A stretch of DNA of 64,000 nucleotides. It comes from Eukaryota sp. TZLM1-RC (lineage: Eukaryota > Protista > Metamonada: BaSk clade). The translations under genes were made by a program, and so were the position numbers. Positions 1 to 11,254 of this stretch are shown piece after piece. Each line of letters opens with the position of its first letter. Within the stretch, counting starts at the first letter, position 1. The DNA lies in NCBI GenBank assembly GCA_040285825.1, contig JAUPSS010000004.1:558001-622000 (forward strand). Direction: 5' to 3'. The notes beneath the pieces were generated by a model. The model saw nothing but the letters and a program-made list of their open reading frames with translations. It was not told the origin of the DNA and did not search any database.

Positions 1-535
1 CTGTTTTAACTACAACAATAGAGTAAATCACTTTTACCAGGGTCAATATGTGCTTTGTGTTTGATGATATAATTTCAACATCCAAATCATCCAAATAGTT
101 CTCAGTGGTTGCAAACTTTGCACTATCAGACTTGAAGGACATGCCAATACAATCCTCTCTTGCTAGCTCAATACAGGCTGCAGAACCATTAGTTTTTATG
201 GTGTTGCTGAATTTATATCCTTTTTTAGTAGATGATCTAATAAATTCAAAAAAAAGTGACCAAAATATATTTTGTTCTTCTGGATTCATATGCTAAATGT
301 CAGCTATCGAATTACACTCCGAATTATTTTTCTTGTCATTAGTTTCATCATTTCTAGAACAAGAACACAAAATACCCCATAGTCCTTGGCTATCAACTTC
401 AACAAATCCAAGAATTTCCTTTCGAACAATTGTTACGGCATTAAATTTATTCCCCTCGTTTTCTTCTGTAAAATTATATATTTTTACAGCTGATTTGATA
501 AAAGATTGGGGATGTTTTGCACAGTGGAAAGTAAT
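1..535 (-). pseudogene. Fanzor1-like (eukaryotic TnpB) pseudogene fragment, N-terminal half through RuvC-I; runs off the left edge
   Basis: Manual minus-strand translation: KHPQSFIKSAVKIY...GFVEVDSQGLWGIL...PEEQNIFWSLFF...KKGYKFSNTIKTNGSAACIELARED...NYLDDLDVE, then a frameshift to HIDPGKSDLLYC. Collinear with the Fanzor at 49904-51581 (GYFPIDTRTIWRII, PPQQFDFWSNII, QKSYEFDNIIHTDGIIIAVEFVRRD, LYIDDVDVD, VCDPGKRDLLYF). Not in the ORF track. Confidence 0.8.
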
Positions 536-740
536 GATTTAACTCTAAAAGCCTTCTGCTCATTTTTGAATTTGTGGGTAGTGGGGGTGGTGGTACTGGG
601 GGTAGTGGTGGTGGGGTTAGCGGAAATAGTGGTGGTGTAACAACACTGGAAGAAAGATGAACATGATAAGGGATTCACGAAGCATTGGAAAAGCGGGAAT
701 TTAAAGAAATACTCATTTTCCTACTAAACGTTTTTAGACG

Positions 741-1430
741 ATGCAATCTTCCTATGAATCCAATCCTGTCAGCTACGAAGATCCCAAGGGTGGCCAATAT
801 GTAGATGAAGAAGTCCAACTCAGACTTGGCTTCATCCGCAAGGTCTACCTCATTCTCGGTGCTCAACTGCTTCTCACTGCATTTGTTGTCCAACTCATCC
901 AAGCAGCCGGCGTGGAATGGGCACAAGAGAATGGCGGCCTTTTGATGGTCTCTATCATCGCCTCATTCGTTTGTATCTTTGCTCTATATTGTGTCAAGAA
1001 CAACTATCCCATCAACCTCATTGTTTTGGGTGTGTTTACTCTTTGTGAGTCCTTCCTCGTTGGGTTTATCACCCTTTTCTATGACCAAGCCGTTGTTAGC
1101 CAAGCTGTATGGACCACCGCTCTCATTTTTGTTGGTTTGACCATCTATGCCTTCACTACCAAGACTGATTTCACCACCATGCACGGTGTTGCCTTCTCCC
1201 TTTTGTTGGCACTCGTCATCATTTCCATCTTTGGTATGTTTAGTGACTCTGAATTTTTGCACCTCGCAATTGCCTGGTTTGGTGTTTGCTTGTTTTCACT
1301 TTACATCATTATTGATACCCAAATCATTATGAAGGATTTGTCTCTTGATGACTATGTTCTTGGTGCTATCATGTTGTATTTGGACATTATCAATTTGTTC
1401 TTATACCTTTTAAAATTGTTTTCCAGATAA
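741..1430 (+). CDS. Bax inhibitor-1 / lifeguard (TMBIM) family membrane protein
   Basis: RLGFIRKVYLIL, about 7 hydrophobic segments, YIIIDTQ, and C-terminal DDYVLGAIMLYLDIINLFLYLL. AATAAA at 1448. Confidence 0.95.
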   Translation: MQSSYESNPVSYEDPKGGQYVDEEVQLRLGFIRKVYLILGAQLLLTAFVVQLIQAAGVEWAQENGGLLMVSIIASFVCIFALYCVKNNYPINLIVLGVFTLCESFLVGFITLFYDQAVVSQAVWTTALIFVGLTIYAFTTKTDFTTMHGVAFSLLLALVIISIFGMFSDSEFLHLAIAWFGVCLFSLYIIIDTQIIMKDLSLDDYVLGAIMLYLDIINLFLYLLKLFSR

Positions 1431-1791
1431 GTTTGATGTATATAAACAATAAATTGTTTTTTAAATGTTTTATTTTTAAAAGCACATTCAATTGAGTTTT
1501 GAGGATGGTAACCAATAGAATTGGCATCACTGAAGATCAGTCAATGGATTTTGAATGTATGAACAGTAGAAGGAGCATGTCATATGTCTATTAGAAGAAG
1601 ATATCAGCGTGGGCAAAACATAATGGAAGAAACAACATGCTATTAGTGAAATAGAGAATCAATGATAGTGTGAGAAAGTCACAAATTCCAACAATCTTTA
1701 ATACTAAATCAAAAAGTGATTGATGGTTGACTGATTTGTTGATAAAAAAGAAAAGACGAAACAATCCGACTATTTGTTTTGATTAACCTCA

Positions 1792-2579
1792 ATGGCTAAC
1801 GTTTCTCAACTCCTTGAGGATATTAAGCGTGCATCGTTCAGTGATGACAAAGTAAAAGTTTTAACATCTTGGCTATCCGGAGGTAATGCTTGTTTCATGA
1901 GTTCTTCTGATGTTTCCCAGCTGATCAAATGTTTCTCTTTCTCTGATGACAAGGTAAGATCTTAGTTTGCTGACCTTAGATGACAGCCATCAAAAACCTG
2001 TCCAAGCATTATGCCAACTTTACTGAGGATGATGTTTTAGCTATCATCAACAGTCTCAGTTTCTCTGATGATAAGATGAAAGCTCTGAAGATTTTAGCAC
2101 AAAAAATCTGGTCATGCAATTGGAATATAGAACCTATCATCAATTTGTTCAGCTTCTCTGATGACAAGGATAAGGCCCGTTCTATACTCAATGAAGCTCG
2201 TAACAGTAGTCAACAACCCGCTAACCCCCAGTCTCAATGGCAACCTCCAGTAAACCCTCAACACAACAATTGGCAACAACCTACTGCTCCTCAACAAGGA
2301 CAGTGGCAACAACCTACTGCTCCTCAACAACAGTGGCAGCAACCCATGAATCCCCCCCAGAACCAACCCAACTGGCAGCAACCTGCTCCTGGCGGCTTCC
2401 CCAATCAATGGCAACAACCTCAGACACCTCAATGGAATGGTGCTGGACCACAACAGTACGAGGCAAACCGACCTCCTACTGGGCAGGAAGTTGCTGCATT
2501 TGGTCAAATGGTCGGTGCCATGGCCAATTCAATGAACCAGTTCATGAATGACCCAAACTGGGATAACCACGATTTTTAG
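1792..2579 (+). CDS. DUF4476-like repeat protein with Q/P/W-rich low-complexity tail; two exons (1792-1953, 1980-2579)
   Basis: ATG at 1792 opens 54 codons (MANVSQLL...FSFSDDK) that splice in phase 0 onto the 1980 ORF. Four (F/L/A)SFSDDK repeats; QWQQP repeats in the tail. Confidence 0.7.
1954..1979 (+). other. 26-nt spliceosomal intron
   Basis: GTAAGATCTTAGTTTGCTGACCTTAG: GTAAG donor, GCTGAC branch-like motif, TAG acceptor. Removal restores the frame and the repeat periodicity. Confidence 0.85.
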
Positions 2580-2917
2580 GTATTTGTAATTGGAATAAAT
2601 TGTACACTTGAATTCTTAATTTTTGGTACCATATTGTTTGATTTTTGTAAACATTTACTCAACAATTTGCAGCGAAATTCCGAAAAGTCAAATCAAACTT
2701 TATTTTTGTTTAATGATTTACTGTCCTTAATGACAACCAATTACCTTTCAATTAATAGTTTTTCCTCAATACTTTGAATAAGATCAGGTGAATGCTACCA
2801 CACTCTTGAAAATTGAGCAATATTTTCTGTTTGTGGTTCAACACAGAAATCATTTGTTCTCTTATCTCAATCGATGATGAATTAAACAATGAGATAGCAC
2901 CCAAAATGATCAGCTGC

Positions 2918-3050
2918 TGATACCATTAGGCAGATGAACACACGAAGGAGAGAGAGACATCTGAGTTTATTAATACAACTGATTCATAAACGAGTATCAC
3001 GTCATCAGTCGAAATACTAAGAAACCTACTAAATCAATTTTAGTTCAATA
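2918..3050. mobile_element. Degenerate solo-LTR-like repeat, inverted copy of 22970-23109
   Basis: Reverse-complement match over ~130 bp (TTAGGCAGATGAACACACGAAGGAGAGAGA...GAGTATCACGTCATCAGTCGAAATAC...GAAACCTACTAA). Confidence 0.75.
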
Positions 3051-3307
3051 ATTGAAATGGTCTCTAAATTGAAAGTATGATATTTATATGAGGAAAGTGA
3101 AGAATCAAAATCAAAACAATATTTGAAAAGATATAGAGCAAATACGGTGTTAAATAATGTTAATTTACCAATAACATACATTGACCATAGTATCAATTGT
3201 AGACACAAAGAAGACCAAAATCATAGGTACTGAACAAGAGAACGTTTATTCATTATTCGAAAAATGAGGTTTATTCAACAATTGATTTTGTTGATATACA
3301 AATACTT

Positions 3308-5040
3308 GAAATTGAAAGAAAAATTCCCAGAAATAGATATTGTAGCATATATGGATGACATTTCTGTAATTGCTCCTATTGCTATTCTGAAACAAATAGC
3401 AACTTTTATTCAACAGCGTTATGAAGATATTGGTCTCTCATTAAATATCTGCAAATGTTTGATTATTGGCCATGAACCAATTGATTTTTTCATTAATGAT
3501 GTCAATGTCCCCTTTATCAATTATGATCAGCCTGGTTTTCGTTTTTTGGGTTGTTATCTCGGAAATATTGATGAAGTCAAAGGCCAACTTTCGACTCCGT
3601 TGACTCAATTTGGAAATGAATTCGAATCAATAGAAAATTCAAATATTGAGAAACATTTGAAATTCTTTTTCCTAAAAATCTGTTATTCTGGAAAATTTAC
3701 TCATATTTTGAGATCAACATCACCATCAATTTCTTTGGAGTTTTGTCGCTTTTTTAATGAACAAAGAACCAATTTTTTAGCAAAATTATTGGAAATTGAT
3801 GCATCTCAGTTACGAAGCCACATTTTTTGTGGTACAAATTTTGGTGGTGTTGATTTTCATAAATCAAGCTACCTTTGTAAAGCTGCCTTTATTGGAGGTG
3901 GAAAGAATTTTATTTATGAATTTATGAATCGTTTTCCTGAAAAAATTCATCTCGTTGAAAATTGTGGCAGCTCTTATCTTATTTCTTTGCAACAGGAAAT
4001 TGAAACTCTTTCACCCAATATTTGGGCTAAATGTTTCCCCTCTGATATTGTGGAACTTCCTTCAAGAAGCTTGCTCTCCTTACCACTGACTTTTGCAAAA
4101 TTGCAGAAAAAAATCTTGAAAGTTTTAGAAAACTTGGATTATATTGTACGTCTTAGCTTGGCTAAGGAAAAAAATCCAGTTTTTGCAAACTTTTTGATTG
4201 ATCTTGAAGACAGTTGCTCAAGTTGCCTAATCTCCCAAATTCCCAACATTTATGGTCTTCTCCTTAATGATCACCAATGGACCACTGCAATGAGAATGAG
4301 ATGTTTTCTATGGCCTTGTTCATTAGGAAATGATTTAATTTGTCGCTGTAAGAGTGTTGTTACGCTTTCCCATATTTTAAACTGTAAGTATTTTATAACT
4401 TATCGCTCAATTGTTCATGACTCAGTTCGTGATCAATTATATGCCATGTGCAAAAGTTTCAATATAGAGGCATTTATTGAGCCACTAGTACGTAAGCTGT
4501 CTTCAGATCAAACTGATGATTCCTTTGGTAAAAGAAGGGCAGATTTAGTAGCTCCAGGGATCGATGGTGTTCTCAATGTTGTAGATGTTGTCTCAGTTGA
4601 TGTTTGCAAAAATTCTGCTGCTCGTTTAGTGTATTCCGCTGATTCGCCGTTATCTAACGCCGAAAAAAAGAAGATAATAAATATCAAGAACCTTTGGCAC
4701 AGTTAGGTAGAGTGGAACATGTGAAATATCAGTTTGTGCCGTTTGTAATTTCTCTTTTTGGCAATATTGGACCTTCAGAGTTGCATTTTTTTGAAAATTT
4801 TAAAACAATGTTACTGAATAGGTCTGGTAAAACAATGAACTCCACTTTCTGGTTAAATAGAATTGTTTTTTTTTTCATTTTCAAGTCTATTCCAACAATG
4901 ATTTCAAAGGCACTTTTAGCTATTGGTGTAGAATATGAACGTAATGCTGTGAGTAGGTTCAGTAATAGTGACGCTTGTTTGGAGGATATTGAATTCTAGA
5001 TGGGTTTTCTTATCTCCATAAATATTCCAGTTTAAAAAAA
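3308..5040 (+). mobile_element. 5'-truncated CRE-like non-LTR retrotransposon, family A (RT C-terminus, CxC..H..C knuckle, restriction-like endonuclease)
   Basis: YMDD, RFLG, CRC...HILNC, HDSVRD, RRADL, FVPFVISLFG. One frameshift near 4680. A-tail; TSD ACAAATACTT at 3298-3307 and 5041-5050. Confidence 0.9.
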
Positions 5041-5666
5041 ACAAATACTTTAAATAATATAAAACTGTAATAAAAAATGTTTGAACCGTCCATTATTTGA
5101 AAAAGGTGATTGATATATTTTAGTACCATATCTCTTTTTGTTTGATAAGTGAATCTATATTAACATACATTGGTACTGATGTTGGATCTCCAAGATCTGA
5201 TTGGAGTGATTGTTTCAAGATTGCTAATGAGGGCAAAAAGACCAATTGTGTATTACAAGCAATGTTCCAGGTATTAACTATGTTCAATAGAAAAGAACAT
5301 CGAAACAAAGTCTATCATCAAAAAACAATTAGGTAAGATGATTGAAAGATCAAGGTAAAATGAATCTTAACCAAATCATAATTTTAGTAAACCAATGTTT
5401 ATTATCGTATATCTAAACCAGAATATATAGATATATTGTTATAGAACACGATGTGAAATTACACGTTTGCAAATGTCAACAACTGACAACTGGTTGTAAA
5501 GCTCTGATACTTTTTAAAAATGATGAACTAATGTTGAGCCCGTGCCAATCATATCTCGTTTATCATTATTAATAAAATTTAAAATCAAACATTACTTTTC
5601 TATTCCAATTGTTTTAAAATGTATCTGTTCCAAAAATATATTTCTTTCTTTTCTATTCCTACCCAA

Positions 5667-8600
5667 ATGTCAACCGACTCCAACGTCAAATCTAAATCGG
5701 TCTCCAAACGTCTCCTTACCGTCATCGAGAAGGAATCTTTCCATGATACCACCATCCCTGGTGAAAAGAAAGATCTCTCTACACCAATGTTCAATTCCTA
5801 CCAACCCGATGGTGTGGAATCCAGCTGGTACAGTTGGTGGGAAAACCAAGGTTATTTTAAACCCTCTGACGATCCCTCTAAGAAACCCTTCACAATTGTC
5901 ATCCCTCCTCCTAATGTTACTGGCTCTCTCCATCTCGGCCACGCTCTCACCAACACCATCCAGGACATTATCATTCGCTACAAACGTATGTCTGGTTTCG
6001 CCGCCCTTTGGGTCCCTGGTACCGATCATGCCGGAATAGCTACCCAAACCGTTGTGGAACGCATGATCAAACGTACCGAGAACAAAACTCGCCATGATTT
6101 AGGTCGGGAAGAGTTTGTGAAACGTGTGTGGGAATGGAAACACGAATACGGATCAAGAATCTACCAACAACTCCGCCTTCTAGGTTCCTCCCTTGACTGG
6201 TCTCGTGAAGTCTTTACCATGGACGAAGTTCGTTCTGAGGCCGTCCAGGAATGCTTTGTCAGGTTTGCAAAAGAAGGTTTGGTGTATCGAGCTGCAAGGT
6301 TAGTGAATTGGGATTGCACCCTGCGAACAGCCATTAGTGACATTGAAGTTGATTATATAACTGTTGAAAAACCAACAAAAATAAGTGTTCCTGGATATGA
6401 AAAGAAGATTGAGTTTGGTGTTTTGATTGAGTTTGCCTATAAAGTTGTTGGTTTTGATGAAGAAGTTGTCGTCGCCACCACGCGTATTGAGACCATGTTG
6501 GTTGATACCGCAGTTGCCGTTCATCCTGATGATGCACGTTATAAGCACCTCCATGGAAAGCAGGTGCTTCACCCTTTTAGTGGTCGAGAATTACCTATTA
6601 TCACAGACTCGGAGCTTGTAGACCCTGAATTTGGAACTGGTTGTGTCAAGATTACCCCCGCCCATGACCCTAACGATTTCGAAGTCGGACAGAAACATGG
6701 TTTGGAAATGTTGAATATGCTTAATAATGATGGCACCCTCAACTCTGAGTGTGGTGAGTTTTCTGGAATGAAGCGCTTTGATGCGAGATACGCTGTGATT
6801 AATGCACTTGAAGAAAAGGGTTTGTATAGGGGAAAGAGTGCAAATCCAATGAGATTAGGAATCTGTTCACGTTCCAATGACGTCATTGAACCTGTCATCC
6901 GACCCCAATGGTTTGTTGATTGTAAAGATATGGCAAGGGAGGCTCTAGAAGCTGTCACAAGTGGTGATTTAGAAATCTTACCAGAAGAACACATTAAGAC
7001 TTGGAATAGATGGCTGGGCAATATCAGAGATTGGTGTGTTTCCCGTCAGTTATGGTGGGGACATCGTATTCCTGCTTACTATGTGACTCTCACAACTGAT
7101 GCTAGTGATGCTCAGGAAGACCCCAAAAGATGGGTGATTGCAAAGGATCAGGAAGAAGCTAATGTTAAGGCAGTTGATCTTGTGGAATCATTGGGAAAGA
7201 CCAAGCAAGATATCCAGTCTGTTGTTCAGGATGAGGATGTTCTTGATACTTGGTTCTCTTCTGGGTTGTTCCCCTTTGCTGCATTCAACTGGCCTAATAA
7301 CACAGCTGATTTGGAAAGGTTTTTCCCTACTTCCATTTTGGAAACTGGACATGATATTCTTTTCTTCTGGGTCGCCAGAATGGTCATGATGTCTGTTAAA
7401 CTTACTGGTAAATTACCTTTTTCAAAAGTGTGGCTGCACGCAATGGTTCGTGATGCACATGGTCGTAAAATGAGCAAGACTTTGGGAAACATTATTGACC
7501 CTGTTGACGTCATCAAGGGCGTAACTTTGGAAGAACTTCATCAAAAGCTACACGAGGGAAACCTCGATCCAAAAGAAGTTCAAAAGGCCATAAAGGGCCA
7601 AAAAGCTGATTTCCCCACTGGCATTCCCGAATGTGGGGCTGATGCTTTGAGATTCACTCTTGCTTCCTATATGTCCCAAGGTAGAGATATCAATTTGGAC
7701 GTTAATAGAGTAGTCGTGTTTAGGAATTTTTGCAACAAGCTGTGGAATGCTACAAAGTTTGTAATGATGAATCTAAAGGATAGTGAAGAAACTGCTTTTA
7801 AACCAGTATTAGACAATGTTTACAACCAAGAAGGCCAAAGTTTAGCTGAAAAATGGATTCTTTCAAAGCTTTCGAAGGCCTTGACAAGTGTCAATCAGAA
7901 TCTCGACAATTTTGAGCTAGGCCCAGCTTCCCATTCCATCCACAACTGGTGGTTACATGAATTATGTGATGTTTTTATTGAAGTTTCTAAAGGAAGTCCT
8001 TCCAAAGATGTTTTGTTCTTTTGTTTGGAAAATGGACTTCGCATGCTTCATCCTTTTATGCCATTTGTAACTGAAGAATTGTGGCAACGTTTACTTTTAT
8101 TGACTGATGAAGACTTTAGAGAGAAGCAACCTGAAAGTATTATGATTTCCGAATATCCTGACGCTTTGAAATTTTTGAATCCCCATGTAGAAGAGCTCAT
8201 GGATCTTTGTATCGACATTGTCCATGCCATTCGTTCCTTAAGATCGTCATACACTCTCAAACCTTCTGTTAAAGTCGATGTTTACTTAGTCATTGGTAAC
8301 GGCTCTCCTGAACTCGTTACAGAAGCTGTTGAACAAGGTGTTGGTGTTATTTCGTCATTAGGATCGGCTAGTAATGTTTCTATTGTGGAAGAATCTAATG
8401 TTCCCTCTTCTTGTGGTGTTACTGTTGTTTTAACCAATGTGCGTGTGTTTGTGGATCTCAAAGGCGTTATTGATCCTCGTCAGGAAATTAAAAAAATTGA
8501 TAAGAAGCTCAATACTGTCGAAAAGAGTTTAACTTCTCTTAGACAGAAAACTTCAATACCTAATTATGAAACTAAAGTTCCTGAAAAGGTTCGTGTAATG

Positions 8601-8681
8601 AATGCTGAAAAATTGGAAAAATTAGAAACTGAGGTAGCTTCTTTAAGTAGATCAAAGCTTGAATTTGAAAAAATGCTTTAA
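5667..8681 (+). CDS. VARS: Valyl-tRNA synthetase
   Basis: PPPNVTGSLHLGHA (HIGH), GTDHAGIATQ, DWCVSRQLWWGHRIP, DVLDTWFSS, KMSKT, C-terminal coiled coil. The likely start is the ATG at 5667. Confidence 0.98.
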   Translation: MSTDSNVKSKSVSKRLLTVIEKESFHDTTIPGEKKDLSTPMFNSYQPDGVESSWYSWWENQGYFKPSDDPSKKPFTIVIPPPNVTGSLHLGHALTNTIQDIIIRYKRMSGFAALWVPGTDHAGIATQTVVERMIKRTENKTRHDLGREEFVKRVWEWKHEYGSRIYQQLRLLGSSLDWSREVFTMDEVRSEAVQECFVRFAKEGLVYRAARLVNWDCTLRTAISDIEVDYITVEKPTKISVPGYEKKIEFGVLIEFAYKVVGFDEEVVVATTRIETMLVDTAVAVHPDDARYKHLHGKQVLHPFSGRELPIITDSELVDPEFGTGCVKITPAHDPNDFEVGQKHGLEMLNMLNNDGTLNSECGEFSGMKRFDARYAVINALEEKGLYRGKSANPMRLGICSRSNDVIEPVIRPQWFVDCKDMAREALEAVTSGDLEILPEEHIKTWNRWLGNIRDWCVSRQLWWGHRIPAYYVTLTTDASDAQEDPKRWVIAKDQEEANVKAVDLVESLGKTKQDIQSVVQDEDVLDTWFSSGLFPFAAFNWPNNTADLERFFPTSILETGHDILFFWVARMVMMSVKLTGKLPFSKVWLHAMVRDAHGRKMSKTLGNIIDPVDVIKGVTLEELHQKLHEGNLDPKEVQKAIKGQKADFPTGIPECGADALRFTLASYMSQGRDINLDVNRVVVFRNFCNKLWNATKFVMMNLKDSEETAFKPVLDNVYNQEGQSLAEKWILSKLSKALTSVNQNLDNFELGPASHSIHNWWLHELCDVFIEVSKGSPSKDVLFFCLENGLRMLHPFMPFVTEELWQRLLLLTDEDFREKQPESIMISEYPDALKFLNPHVEELMDLCIDIVHAIRSLRSSYTLKPSVKVDVYLVIGNGSPELVTEAVEQGVGVISSLGSASNVSIVEESNVPSSCGVTVVLTNVRVFVDLKGVIDPRQEIKKIDKKLNTVEKSLTSLRQKTSIPNYETKVPEKVRVMNAEKLEKLETEVASLSRSKLEFEKML

Positions 8682-9165
8682 TTAGGGTTGAATTAGTTTT
8701 AGTATTTGCGGTAATAAATTGCTTATTTTTGGTTTAATTGTGGTTTTTGGTTTGGGTGTTGATAATGTATCATTGTTATATACCAGTGATGTTGGTTAAG
8801 TCAAAACTACTCTGGAAGCTATTATCAAAAGTTTCAATCACAAACTAGCATAGAACGGTTGCAGATGTCCTTGGTTATTCTTTTATAAAGTAAACTGTTC
8901 ATTTTTATCTACCATATTCCTATTTTGATTTTTGCACAAATTGATTAATTGATTTATTTCAATAAAAAACCCACAGAACAATCTAAACTTCTGCAACATC
9001 ATACCCCACATAAGCTCAAAGTATTGGCTGGAAGTCTTCCATTTAGATGCTTCAATAAATAAAAGATGATCTGATATTATTAAATCCCATGAATTTCCTC
9101 TATCAAAATGACCATTTTACCCTTGAACCGTTAAAGTTCTCTATACTCGTCCCCTAAACCAAGCC

Positions 9166-9290
9166 GATTCTACCTTCTCTCCAACAAAACTAGTTAGACA
9201 AGGTTTAATAAAATCTGTTAAACAAGTGAAGAATGAACACTTAGTGGAATTACTTTGTTTTCCCTGTTGGATTTAATATTCAGTTGATAG
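9166..9290 (+). pseudogene. Remnant of the RCC1-LRR family C-terminus
   Basis: Translates DSTFSPTKLVRQGLIKSVKQVKNEHLVELLCFPCWI*, matching the end of the three intact paralogs. Confidence 0.8.
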
Positions 9291-9691
9291 TTTAATGCAA
9301 AAATTTGTCTTTACTAACAAAATCGTATTTCGACTGCGAAAAAAAATTCATCATGACACATTGTGCCCCTGAAGATACAATGTTAATTATAGGAAATAAT
9401 GGAAAAAAGACAAAGAAGTTGAAACATGGCAGTAGTCCAAGGGACGTATGTTGGTATCAATTTTTCAAGAAATTCGGTAAATATTCAAATAACAACGTCT
9501 AAGGATCTTTTGCTGTTATTTTGAATGAACAAACACAACTACCCCTATCTAATCTTCTAAGACCAAAGACATAGAAGATGTACACTTTGGAACTACTGAT
9601 ACACTGTACTACTCGTAGCTGAAAAACAGACATAATCAAAATATCATGTTGTAAGTGTCATTGTGTTAGTCATATCCCTTCAAGTTCCCCC

Positions 9692-10908
9692 ATGGAAGGC
9701 CATGCTCAACCTTGCCTAAACAGTGGCAACGATTTCGTCCCTGATGCTCCTCATACACATAAATCAGACATATGCACAAGTCAAAATTCTCCTACACGAA
9801 CCCTCACCGATTTGTATCTTGTACCTCATCCAACGACCAACGAACCCTCCTTCCGCAATGAAGAATTAGCTTCATCCTCTCACCGCTCCAAGAATCGCTG
9901 TTCACCGTTACACTTGCGATGTACCTCTCATCAGTGTCCGTCTCATCCCCATCCTTCCGATCTGCAATCCGACTTAAAACCAGATTCAATTGGGCATGAT
10001 GGATGTACTCTACAACATGTCTCCTCAGATCCTACAATAGATAACTCCTCCCCAGTTGACCAAAAATTGACACACTTCCCCGATCGATCACAGAGATTGG
10101 TTGGGGTTAAGTCTATTTCTGCTGATTTATACCTTATTTTTCTTCTCACCCATTCTGGTGAGGTTTATGCTTGGGGGGATAATGATAAAGGGCCAGTTCT
10201 TTATGATGGACCGGATTATATCAAATCACCAGTCAAATTTTCCTTAAATCATGTTGTCACCATTTCAGCTAAAGGGAGCTCATCCCTAGCCCTCCGCTCT
10301 GATGGCAATTTGTATATTGGGGGTTGGATGTTAGGAAATTCTTTGTTACCATTCTTTACGCTCAAAAACATACATTGTGGTGAAATTAATGGTGGTTTTC
10401 ATTATTCGTTTACTGAGACCCAGGAAGGTCAAGTTGTCCATTGGTGACCAAATCAATCAATCAAAGTAATTGAAGATTTAAGGAATGTTCTTTTTATTTC
10501 TGTGTATGACCATGACTTTGTTGCCCTTGATGGAAATGGTGATTATCATTTACACAATTACAAATGCAATGACGATAATTTTCATCATGTTACCAAGATT
10601 CCGGTAAAACAATGGTTTTTTCCTAAGGAACCATCCCAGAATTCTTTTTTATTTCAGTGTGATTGCTTATTTATTATTGACATTAATGGTGAAGTCTGGC
10701 AGTCCAACAAGGGGGATGATGATGTTCCTTTCAATAACAAACCCACCTAAATTCCGAAACAAAAAGTCTGAAAAAAAGTCCGAAAAAAAGTCTAAGGAAT
10801 GTTGTTTCCATTAGTGGTTGTTATGTTGTGTATGCTGCCATTGACAAGAATGGTTAAGTTTTTGTCTGGGGTTGTGTGAGTAGATTAAGTGATTTTTATG
10901 AAGATACT
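9692..10908 (+). pseudogene. RCC1-LRR family pseudogene (leader plus first RCC1 blades), truncated
   Basis: LLTHSGEVYAWGDNDKG, TQEGQVVHW*, IIDINGEVWQ, VFVWG with in-frame stops. Ends where an inverted retroelement piece begins. Confidence 0.85.
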
Positions 10909-10911
10909 ATT

Positions 10912-11149
10912 ACACCATCGATCCCTGGAGCTACTAAATCTGCCCTTCTTTTACCAAAAGAATCACCAGTTTGATCTAGAGACAGCTTACGAACTAATGG
11001 TTCAATAAATGCCTCTATATTGAAACTTTTGCACATGACATATAATTGATCACGAACTGAGTCATGAACAATTGAGCGATAAGTTATAAAATACTTACAG
11101 TTTAAAATATGGGAAAGCGTAACCACACTCTTGCAGCGACAAATTAAAT
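10912..11149 (-). mobile_element. Internal fragment of CRE-like family A, inverted
   Basis: Near-identical to ~4330-4570 (HILNCKYFITYRSIVHDSVRDQLY...RRADLVAPGIDGV). Confidence 0.9.
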
Positions 11150-11254
11150 ATTACATAAGCCATTGCTGGTTTTTTTAGAAATTACGTGTGAATGGAACAA
11201 GCCTCAACATCCTAATAGCAAAAAATATTCAAGTTTTAATGTAAAAGCACAAAA

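Noticed and set aside
3264-3307. ATG start of the family A ORF
   Set aside because: It lies outside the left TSD, so it is flanking DNA in frame by chance. The same applies to the 11163 and 15384 ORF starts.
5542-8260. Overlapping and antisense ORFs on ValRS (and similar ones on other genes)
   Set aside because: Shadow frames with no recognisable motifs.
10752-10795. Short (GAAAAAAAGTCY)n repeat
   Set aside because: Simple slippage expansion inside a pseudogene.
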